NCBI GenBank assembly: GCA_032718475.1
Contig: JAUCBJ010004543.1
Coordinates: forward strand, 62,001-126,000
DNA: 64,000 bases
Reading direction: 5' to 3'
Source of the DNA: Nemertoderma westbladi
Taxonomy: Eukaryota > Animalia > Xenacoelomorpha
In this document: positions 13,201-24,900 of the stretch, in pieces
How positions within the stretch are numbered: position 1 is the first letter of the stretch
Layout: each line of letters starts with the position of its first letter
Notes under the pieces: generated by a model
What the model was told of the DNA's origin: nothing
What the model saw: the letters and a program-made list of their open reading frames with translations, nothing else
The model's database searches: none
Translations under genes and position numbers: made by a program

Positions 13201-15942
13201 CATTGACACCTGAAATTTACAAATCTTTGTATAATAAGTACCCTGATGATTGCCAAGCTGTGAAGCCACTACGGGTTACAATGTTCGATCCCACATCTGG
13301 TGACATCATGTCACCTGATAATGCCGTGGAAAAGGGAATTCTTTCCCCTGAAAAGAATCGTGAATTAAATGCTCGTCTTAGAGATTTTCCGGAATCGGCG
13401 ACTCAGCTTATGGTATTGGATCCATCTCGGGGGGATGTTGTTACCCCATTTGAGGCTATTGAGAGGGATGTAATAAAAACCAGTGCTATTAACAAGATGC
13501 AAGCACAAGATCCTGATTCTTTGAAGCCATTAAAAGCATCAGGAATTTCTTTATTGGATGTTCTATCAGGCGATGTCATCAGTTTGGAGGATGCTTTGGA
13601 ACATGGCCGAGTTAGCCCAACTAATTTTAAAGAACTGTTGGAAGCAATGCGAGAGGATCCTAGTTCTGTTACGAAGTTGATGGTCCTTGATACAACGACC
13701 AATGAAATTCAAACACCAGATGAAGCAGCTGCTTCAGGTCTAATATCTAACAAAATGCACACCGATTTATTGAATCAACGACCGGATGCGTTTGAACCAG
13801 TGCGTCCCAGTGGGATGATGCTGCTTGATCCTCATAGTGGGGATATAATGGCTATGGAGGAAGCCGTCAGTAGAAAAATCATATCTCCAGAAAAATACAG
13901 GAGTCTTCTTAATCAGTTGCTTGAGAGACCAAATGATTTCACAAAGCTGTTAATATTCGATTCCACAACCGGTGAACTTATTGAACCGGAGGAAGCGAAG
14001 GATTGCGAGTTAATTTCCGAACATTTCTTCGAGAATCTTAAGGATTCATACTCAGAGTTGTTTCCTTCAGTGAAAGAGCCAGAAGTTTTTGTTATTGACC
14101 CCAATAATGGCCGCCCATTTTCTCCATCTGAAGGCCTACGCCAGGGATTAATTACTCCATCTCAATATCAATCTTTCGTTGAACATGTTCAATCTGAACC
14201 AACATTGTATACTAAAGGAGTAGTTATTGATCAGACAACTGGAGAACTCATGACTCCTTTAGATGCCACTCAAAAGGGATACCTGCCACCAGATATATAT
14301 AACAACATTTGTTTGAATCATTCAATGCTGTGTGAACCATGTTGCCATTCTGATTTGTTGATTATCGATAATCGTGGAGATTTAATGCCTTTAGCGGAGG
14401 CGTATGCTGATGGTATTGTCTCTTGCGATGCATATCAAACATTATTAAAGTCATTGAAAGACACTCCAGAAAAAGTTCATAGGCTTATGGCCGTGGAAGA
14501 GGAGACAGGTTTGTTAGTCACCCCAAGCTATGCTGTGTCTAAGGGTGACCTAAATGCGAAAGTTCTAGAAAGTATTTCGAGTGAACGCCCCGAGCTATTA
14601 GTACCTGCTATTCCTACCAGTGGATTTTTCGTTATTGATCCTAATACTGAAGAGACTATCCCGATGAAAGACGCCATCAATTCAGGAATTGTAACAGAAG
14701 AAGCATGTCTTGCTTTAGTCAATAAGTCAAAAGTAATCCCTCAATTCGTAGCAAATACAGCTGTAATTGATAACGGCCGCTTGATAACTCCAGTTGAAGC
14801 TTTTGATCAAGGCATTGTGTCTCCTACTACTCTCCGCACACTATTACTAAAGCAGACTCCTGATGGGCTCACTTCAATCGCGCCATCTAATATTGATGTT
14901 TATGATACTGTAATGGGACGAATGATGACTGTGGAAGAGGCATTGAGAAAAGGGCTCGTATCGCCTGAAGGTTATTGCACGTTAATCAAACAACTGGAAT
15001 CCGGCGACAGTAAATTTGGGAAGTGTATGGTTGTGGATCCTGACTCGGGGACTTTGATGACACCTTCATACGCGTTGAAACAATGTATCATAACGAAGGA
15101 AGAAATGACAATGATTAAACTCGAAAGGTCTGAAACCGAGGAACCAATCGCAGCATCTGATTCATCCGTAGCGGACCTAAAGTCGACTCCCTATTACGAA
15201 GAACAACTCACCAGCAGTCGTCCGTTGCAAATGACCTCGGTTGGTTCAGCCGATACAGATAAAGCCCATTTCGACGAGGTTGATAAAGATTCGATTCGAC
15301 CTACCAAAGATGACCCATCTATTTTTAATCCCAATACGGAAGAGTTTATTTCTCTTTCAGAAGCTCTTAATGTGGGGCTCATATCTGAGGCCGAGTTCCA
15401 CAGAGCGAAAAAGGAATACAGCGGAACCCCGGAAATCGAGTTATTCGTTGATAGTGAACGGGGCGTATTGTTACCGGTAGGTAGTGGATTGATAATGAGC
15501 GAGGTCGGCATATCTTCAGTGCAGCAATTCCCCGTTACACAAGTCCTACAACAGCCATTGCAATTGGCTGTCATTACTGATGGAACCGACGTGCCTACAG
15601 TAGTGGAAGATGTGTGTGAACCAATTGTCGCAGACAAGAATGTCTTTTTGGATATAATTGCAGCCAAGAGCAAAGTACCATCTAGTGACGTTTCGGAGAT
15701 GGTTTCAGAAGATGTGTGTGAACCAATTGTCGCAGACAAGAACGTATTTTTGGATATAATTGCAGCCAAGAGCAAAGTACCATCTAGTGACGTTTCGGAG
15801 ATGGTTTCAGAAGATGTGTGTGAACCAATTGTCGCAGACAAGAACGTATTTTTGGATATAATTGCAGCCAAGAGGAAGATGCAATCACCCGAAGATCCCA
15901 TGGGAACGAGACAAACTCCAGAGGGAGGGGCATCTAAACCAG
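1269..15942 (+). CDS. Giant exon (14,674 bp) encoding a unique N-terminal region followed by many plectin/plakin-like repeats
   Basis: ORF 1341..15950 extends upstream in frame to acceptor tttcttag (1268). Donor CCAG/gtttgt at 15942/3 joins in phase 1 to exon 16081. Recurrent motif DPxTGxx(I/L)(S/T)xxEALxxGLI(S/T)xxxY from ~aa 975 onward. Shot, VAB-10A, MACF1b and BPAG1b are known to carry plakin repeats in a large exon at this position. Confidence 0.88.
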
Positions 15943-18900
15943 GTTTGTAAGATATTTTCTAAACTACCAAGATAGTAATTGAATTAGTTACATCACGAAG
16001 TTGCTTTATTTGGCAAAGTATCTCTGTTGGTCTATTTAGGGTTTTATTTATGACTCGTTCAGTAATTTGTTATGTTTTAGATGCAGGATACTTGTTGGAT
16101 GTTCGTGAATTGGACGTTAAAATGGAATTGATTATAAATCGAATCAAACTGCTTCATCAATGGATAGTGGATACCGAGGTGATAATTGGTGAACCACAAC
16201 AACCAGCCACGTCACCAGAGGCACTTTGTGATCGATTGAGTGTAATCCAGGTTGGTACTCTTATAAAGCTATCAAATAGAAATCAATTTTAGCAGACTTT
16301 ATCAGTTTACGGCTATAGAGTGGAAATGGTTTAAATATACATTTTTTAATTTGCTATTTACGTAGAAACTAATTTAATTAATGTAATTTTTCAGCGAGTT
16401 CATGCTGACATTGCCAAGCGGGAACCATCCGTGAATGAGGTTGACATGGTGGTGGACACGATTCTCGCACAACACGCTGACCAATTATCAACCAAGGAGA
16501 GAGATACGCTGCTCACATCTAAGGCGGATCTACTGATCTCCTATAATGGTCTATGTGATTCTGCTAATGTTACAATACAAAGATTAAAATCCCTAATCTC
16601 TCAGATGGCTATGGACAAAAAAGAAAGGGTTGGTTATGGAAACAAATATAACATTTAACCGTTTAATTACCAATATTATGTTGTATTTGTATATTTAATT
16701 ATAGATTGGCATTATTATTTTTTACAACCAATATTTATTTTGTATCTTAATAATCCAGAATAATGTAACAGGATTAATGAGCAACAATTATTAATTGGTT
16801 CTATAACAGGAAAGTGTGGCCAATGAACTCTGTCAATATTCTATTAAATTGGACGAATATTTAAGGATGATGACTTCAAAAGAGTTTCAACTCGCCAATC
16901 AAAAGCCTTTCTCCCACGACATTACAGAAATTGAAGAAAAACTACAAAATAATCAGGTATGTAGCTATGATACAGAAACTAGGACCACGTTTAATGATAT
17001 AATTTATTAATTATTAATATTTGAAACCACCATTCGGTTGGGAATGTAATAAAAATCTCCTCCATTCCTGCACTATTATCGGCAATGCGGCACCTATCAA
17101 CAGAACTGTGTAGCCCAAACTCTCCAAGGGTCTATATGATTTCCCCAAACCCCACCCACACACACCAAAAACCCTCTACTTCGTGTGTTAGACAAAACTT
17201 GTGCTTTGTTAAATTTTATATAAATAGTTAGTTTTGCTTTTCTTTAGATACTAATTTTGTAATAATTTTGTTTTAATGTTAAATTTCCTTTAATAAATAC
17301 AATAACTACTATTAAATATATTATGTTACATTGATATTTGAAATGTATTGTATTTAATAATTAATTAAAATATTGCAATTTATTAGTTTGTTGAGAACGA
17401 ATTAGTTATCGAGTGGGGTAAACTAAAGGCCATTCTCGAAGAGGTCCAGCAATTTGTGGACGATAACTCAAACAAACTCTCCGAACAAAACATCGATGAT
17501 GTAGAATACAAACTCGATCGATTAAATAACAAATCCGATTCTGTTAAAGACGAACTTGATAAACGTATCACATGTTTGAAGGACACCGTCGCGGTTGTTA
17601 ATAATTTCAATTCTGCGTATGAAGGTTTGTTTGTGTATTTTTCTAAATGTTTTGGAAACATTTTAGTTTCTTTCTTATAATTTAATATAAATGATGGTTT
17701 CTATTAAAGTGTATTTTTCTCTACTAAATAAAATATCTTTTATATGAGTTTAATTATCATTTTTAGTTTAATTTTCAATAAAATGGCCATTACCTTTCTT
17801 TATATTATATTTACAGGTTTAGACAATCAACTCAAAGTTGCTTTACATCAAGCGATCAACCTATCACGAACCAGTGACATTGACCAATCACTGCTAAGGA
17901 CTCTGATAGGTGATTTACCACTATTGGATGAGCAGCTATTAGTTGTCAATGAGGTCGCTTCGAGGTACACTGCTCTCAATGAGTCCTACGGATGTTGGTT
18001 GAACCGGTACCGGGCAGACAAACTCCGGCGACCCAGTCTGATATCCGGTATGCCGGAACGGTTGGACCTCACTCCTATCCCGGAACAAATCCAGGTGAGG
18101 TACACATGTCTTCTAACTCAATATATTGAGTTAGCGGATATGCGTCTTCTAACTCAATATATTGAGTTAGCTGACATATTTCTTCTAACTCAATATATTG
18201 AGTTAGCGGACATCTATCTATACTAAGTAAAAACACGAGGATTTCATGTCCTCTTTGTATCTTTATATATATTTTATTAAATAATATATTAAATATAAAT
18301 AAACAAAAACGTACCATTTTTTTTAATAATATAATTTTACCTATTATTAAAAAAGAAATATTTTTTTTCAATATTCTATCGACTCTTAATTAACCTCGAT
18401 GGCTTTCGGTAAATAAAATACTTCGAGAATAGTGAAAAAAGGTTCCTTTTTACCAAGTAATAGATAATTATTGCGGGTGCCGTAGAGATGGTTAACGTCG
18501 TTTTTTCTGTAGAATTTCATTTTTAGAATTAGTTTTTGTTCAAATATTTTCATATTATCTAACCGACGAAACGTTTTAGTGAAAATACTGGGAGGAAAAG
18601 TCCGGATTGAAAAATTTCCTGTCTCCTATATTTTTATTTATATATTTTTTCATTTTCCCAGGTGTTATCAGAACGGTTAAAGAAGATTCTTTCATTGGTT
18701 GGCGAGTTATCCTCTCAGTGTGAGTCACATCAGCTGCTGGAAACGCAATTGGTTGATCAATTAAGCGAGGCCCGTGATTCGCTGTTGAGGATTAGGGATA
18801 AGGTCGAAGGCATTGATAGTTCGGAAAGTGATAATCCAAAAACAATAGAGGAATCTCTGGATAAAATCAGTTCAATACAGGTATTGGTATTAATAGTGTT

Positions 18901-21900
18901 CGTCTGCTTGTCCGGCTAACTGTCTGTCTGTCTGTTTATCTTTGTCTGTAAGATCTAGATAGTTAGTTAGTTTATTAACATAAAGTTAGATTGTAAATAA
19001 CTGACAGTAGCCTGATTTTGCGCCTTCTTTTTAAAAGAATTTGTATTTTCATCGAAACCAGTGTGTTTCCGCTTTTAAACTTTGCAATCTGTTTCCACAG
19101 ATTGAAATGGTAACCTTTGAAAGAAGTCTTGAATGTCTGGAGTCAACTCGAGACAAACTCAACGACATAGAGAGTAAAGAAGCAGTTGATTCAATCGGAC
19201 GACAGTTTGAAGCCATTAAAGTTATTGTCGATGAAAGAATGAAAGAATTAAACTTATTGTTAATAAAGGTTTGTATTAAATTATTTAATTAATTATTTAT
19301 TAAATTTATTACAATGCGACAGACAAAATAATAGAAATATACATCCTTTAAATCTTCACTACCTAATTAAAATTGACTCTACCGTTTACACCACATGGTC
19401 GCATTTCATCACCACATGGTGTTACAGAGTGTTAGAGGAGTTAGTAATATTGGTTTTTATAACACATTGATTACGTTTACATATTTATTAATATATAATA
19501 TTATTATTTAAATAAATTAGAGATGAACTGTTGCAACTGTAATTAATGATGTAATGTAAATGGGTTTATAAATAAATATGATTATTAAACATTATTATCA
19601 AAGTGACTACTGAAAACGACACATTAGTAAATGATAACATAACGTTAATTGTTTTAGGCTATTAACAACTAGACACTGTAAACTATTAGGCTGCCCCTGT
19701 GGGTTGTTTTGTAGGCGGACTAAACAAGACAACATTTTTGTATATATTATAAATGTTTGCCAAGTATTTCCCATTGTTAAATCATATAGTGAGAATCATT
19801 TTAATTACTGTAAATGTTGTATAGGTTTGTTGGATGATTGTGATACATTAATTAATATTATTATAATATCGAGCGATATATTGTATAGATTCGTTTATAA
19901 AGTAAAATATGCGTTTACTTTTTATATGTTTTTTGTTATGAATAATGGTATAAAAAATAAATAACGGTGTTATTATTTAATAAATAAATATAAATGGTTT
20001 TGTATGCCTCTTGGGAGACGTTCAAAATTGATTACTGGGGCATTTCGACGATTGTGTTGCTTTCGCTCTGCGGGGGTGGATGCAAGAGCGGACGACCGCG
20101 GCGAACATGATCGACTCCGAGATCTTATACCGGATATTATCCCGAACTCCAGAGCAGATGGTTCCCCAACCTCGGGACACACCACCAAGTTCTATCTCAC
20201 AAGCTGTGGGACGGGCGTAAGTGGAGGAGCGATCGAAAAATACGCCAAGGAGCAGGTCGGTGTCGACATCAACTGCACTGCGTTAGGTAGCGGGGATGAC
20301 TCATGTAATCGTTCGACGTTCGAACACAACTCATTTCTTATACACTCGACAAATTCGGCTGCTAAGCGGTTGTTAGACTCGGGGAGTTTGTGGCCTTGCG
20401 GGGCGAACCTTCGGCCCTCGTATATGGGACGTGTCTCTATTACTCGCGTTTCCTCTTCTTCCTCTAGGCGAGTCTTTGTGCCCAGCAAGTCAGCCACGGC
20501 AGTGAGTTCCTGTGTGTAATGTTATTAATGTAACTTTATACACATTGTATAATATTCATTTTATAAAGGGTTTCTTTCTCATTTCATAATGGATACATTT
20601 TTTCGATGGATTCCATCTCGTAATTAATGCTGTAACCAAGGCTACAACCAATCGGGTGCGATGGCAACCCTGCGTCGGTCCACCATCCTGCTCCATACTA
20701 TTAATTTTCGTTCGGTACAGCTTTGGCCAAGTTCATTAGGATTGAGCTGCAGGAATTGCCAGTTTGTTGGAGGTCATGAGGACGTAAACTCCAGACACAT
20801 CAGGGAATTCTTCCAGCTCCAGGTATACATTTTATCTGTGCCGCTAGCGGAAAGGTTAGAGCGTCAGACTTCCAACCCGGAGGTCACCAGTTCGATCCCA
20901 CCCGGACGTAATTGCCGACTTTGCAAAGCTGTGCCCGACGCAAATCATAATAATATAAAGCTTCTCATTCACCCAAAATACCAATAATAATCCAACTTCA
21001 TTGCCCAAACAATGAATGACATGCCGATTCTCGTTATCAATACTTTATTGGGATAATTTTATTTTGAGAATATAAAATTTTTAACTTTATTGGATTACAG
21101 TTCGAGGTGTTTTAAAATCCGAGTGTATGTGAGGATTCTAATAGATACGAGAAATCCAATCTTAGTAAGTGCTAGTAGATTATAACTTGGGGTTTGTAAT
21201 TTGATACGAAAATATAATTTAAAAATTATTTGTTGAATATAATGTGTTTAGTATAATATATTATGTAGTAAATCTAAAGTGATATACTGATAATATAATA
21301 ATGAAAATGAAAGTAATTTGTGGGCGACCTGTATCGGGTTTACCGGTAACAGGCCTCAGGCCTATCTCGTATGCTGCGTCCTATGGACATCCGCCATATA
21401 AAGTAATATATTATGTGCATCCAATCCTTCTATACCTACGGAGTTACATAGTATTTCAATCTCGAATAAATATTAAATATTATTTTAATCAAATTATAAT
21501 TGTTTTGTTCTCACACTACCGGTAGGCTTTATTAATTGTGCACATTATAATAAAATGATGTAAATTTAATATGTATATTCTCCATTTCAGTTTCAGGGAA
21601 ATGCTGAGGCAGTAGCAGGTCTACTGCAGTGGGCCAATCAGTGCCAAGTGAAGCTTGAATCTCTAGAGCCAATCGCGGCCGACCCCAACAAACTGACCAA
21701 TCAGGATGCGGAATACCAGTACCTCAAAGCCGAAGTTGTCAGTCGGGAACCCCGGGTGGAGAACCTCCTGGAGTCGACCACCGAGACCGCGGTTGGTAGA
21801 GGCGACGAGTTGGAACAGCTGGGACAGGTCTACTGGCGAATCAAAGGGAGATGCCAAGAATACGAGAACTCGATATCCAAAGTTCGGATGTCTCTCGGGA

Positions 21901-24900
21901 AGTTCAATGAATCGGTCTCGGAGGTTGATTCCTTCTTAATGACGGCCATGGAAGGAGTTTCCGACCCGCAGTTGGACCGCAAAGATGAGGATGATGTCGA
22001 CGATTTTATCGTTAAGATTAAAGTTCGAATGGAAGAACTTTCCACTCCTCTAGAAGACATTGAGGCTACTGGTAAATTAATTATGGGGAGCAACGATGTT
22101 GGTGATACTAAACAGGTGAAGGAGTATATCGAGAATACAAAGAGTAACTGGGAGGAGTTAGAGGCCTTGTTGGAAGATAAGGAACAACGATTGCAGAGTA
22201 GACGGAATTATTCATCGCGGTTTAACGATTGCGCCGGAGAGGTGCGTCGATTCCTTGACGATACGGAGCGTCGGATAAACTCTCTTGATGCCGTCGCTGT
22301 TGACCTCGATGCTTTGAAGAAACAGGCGTCCGCGCTCGAGAATATCGCAGATTCCGTCGCATCCTTCGCACCGCGTATCGACGAACTAGTCGAGCGATCC
22401 TGCGAATTGGACGACTTCATCCTCGCCGAGGCCCAACGCCCCGGCGATCCTACCGCCAGGAAGCGGCTCGCACATGCGTCCTCCAGTCCAGCGGAGTTGG
22501 AGCCAGTGGATCCAATCGAACTGAATCAGATTCCGTCGCAACGAAACTTACGTACCGGTAGCCTCGTGGAACTACAAGACGGGCAGATTTCCCAGAGCCC
22601 CTATGTGAAGGAAGCCACCAACTTTGCATCTCGCTATGATATATTAGTGGCTGTAGTCGAAGCCCGTGCGCATGATATCCAAGATACTATATCTAGTGTG
22701 GAAGACTTCCAGGAGAAGTTATCGAATGTGACAACTTGGTTAGACGAAACAGAAGATTCTGTGAGGGACCTAGAAAGAACCGGCACGGTTTCCGATGTCC
22801 TTGAGAAACAGATTGACGTTCAGAAGCAACTTGCTGATGAAATTAATGAGCATGAACCCGAGGTTGTTAACGTGAAGACCTTGGGAGGAAAACTGATTGC
22901 CGAGAGGCGGAAAGGGCTGGGCTCGATGGGAATTAAACGGCAGTTGAGTTTAACTGAGGAACGTTTCAGCGCCCTTAAAGATAAAATATTTGTGAAACTC
23001 GTAGAGCTGGAGGATTCATCGAGTTCATTAGACGAGTTTAATCGACTGATTAACTCCATCAACGAGTGGTTGAGGGCGACTGAGGTCGAAGTAGGCAGGC
23101 TTGGCCCAGTTTCAGTTAAAGTTGACAGCATCTTGGACCAACAGGAAAGTGTGGAAGAACTTCTCAGAGCGGTGGAATCCAAGAGGCCCGATGTGGAGCG
23201 TCTGAGCGAGACAAGTAGGAGTTTACTCGCGTGTATGGACCCCATCGCAAGGTCTAAATCCACCGTCAGCCACAAGGAGGCGCAGTGTAACCATGTCTGG
23301 TCCGACTTAGCCAATCGCTTGAAGGAACGAGGGAGTCTTTTAGCCGTAGCGGTCGTGGACAGTCGGAAGTTCCACAACAACCTCGCCTCCATTGAGCGGA
23401 GGTGGGAGAGAATCGACGCGAACATCCAGGAGTTTACCGACATCGGGAAGAACCCCTCCGAGATTAAAGCCCAAGTTAAACTCGCTAAAGACACACAGAA
23501 GGAGATCGATATGCAGAAGGTTTGTTTAGATTCGGCGTCCGAGTCATTTATGTTGCTAAGCGACGTGTCGGATAACGTCAGCGAGAAACTCGAGTTGGCG
23601 GGAAAGCTGGATGAGATGACGAGGAGAATCCACAAAGCGAATGATCGCGTCGAATCGCGTATCGAAGAACTAAACGCCGCACTCGTTGCTTCTCAGAAGC
23701 TTTCTCTAACTCTGGACGAATTGTCCGATTGGTTGAAGGCGAAGGAAACTTACCTGACGCGGTTATCGCCGTTGTCAGGGGATTATTCGAAGCTCCGCGC
23801 GCAATACAACGAACGGGACGTGTGTCGGAGAGACGTCGTACAGAAGGAACCCATCGCGGAAGCGACGTTGGCAACCGGGGACGCCGTGGTCGCCGGTAAA
23901 CCCGAATCGCCCTTGATGCAGAAACTCGCGAAGCGACTGGTCGCGGTACGGGGGCGGTTCTCGGAAGTCGGACGGGATTCGTCGAGGGCGTTCGTCGCGG
24001 TTTCCGAGTGTCTCGAGTTGTCGGGACAGGTCAACGACCTGCGGGCCCAACTGACGCCGTGGTTCGCCGACGTAGAGACGCGACTGGAGTCGGCGATCCC
24101 CGAGCGCGTGGAGGCCGAGTTTCTCCGGCATTGTTCGTCGGATGTGGCGGAGATCGCCGACGAAGTCGCCGGCAAGGAAGACGACATGGCCTCGTTGCTC
24201 GAGGCAGCGGAATCACTAGTGACCATGGTTGCCAGCGACTCGGGTGCGCTGCTGGAGTATATCGATTCGGTTAAACTCCGATGGGAGGCGATCGTCTCCA
24301 GGTTGTCTGGACGTCGCGAATTGGTGGATCGACTTATCGCTGCCACCGATGCTCACGCAACGGCAGTGCGCGACGTTGCTACGCAACTAAACAAAATCGA
24401 GGTTAAGATGGAATATTTGGAAACGGGTTCAGAAACTAAAGGATTTGACTCTCGTTTGGTCGAGAGATGTCGAAATCTAGCGAACGGTAAGTTATTTACT
24501 TGAAAAAATATTGCCCCGCTGGTTTTAGCGTAGCTATGTAATGTAGTAGGGGCCTAAAGTAAATTACACATTTAAAAAGGCTATATCATTTACATTTTTT
24601 ATCAACTTATTCCTTTTTTTTCACTTTTCTCAAGGTCATTCAATTTAATTACTTAGGTACACGCCAGGTTTGTACCAGCATTGAGACACATTATTTACTG
24701 GAAACTGTTTCACTTTCAGTTACTCTCTAGTTGGTATAGGTATAGCCGTACACGTGCTCTCCTGTTATTATACACCCCCCCCACCCCCCATGTGTTGTTA
24801 CACCCCCCATTCCTGTTAACCCTGTTCAAAAATAATTTATTATTGGATCTAAATATTAAGCATATTTAACATTATGAGTTATGACCAACATCTGGTTGGT

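Noticed and set aside
1341-15950. Stand-alone 4869-aa gene (e.g. bacterial giant protein or viral polyprotein)
   Set aside because: It begins at GTG in a frame that extends to a splice acceptor and has a phase-compatible donor into spectrin exons; it is an internal exon.
22820-24346. Long minus-strand ORFs (271, 187, 118 aa), and likewise 15194-15901
   Set aside because: Antisense shadows of coding exons with no independent domain signal.
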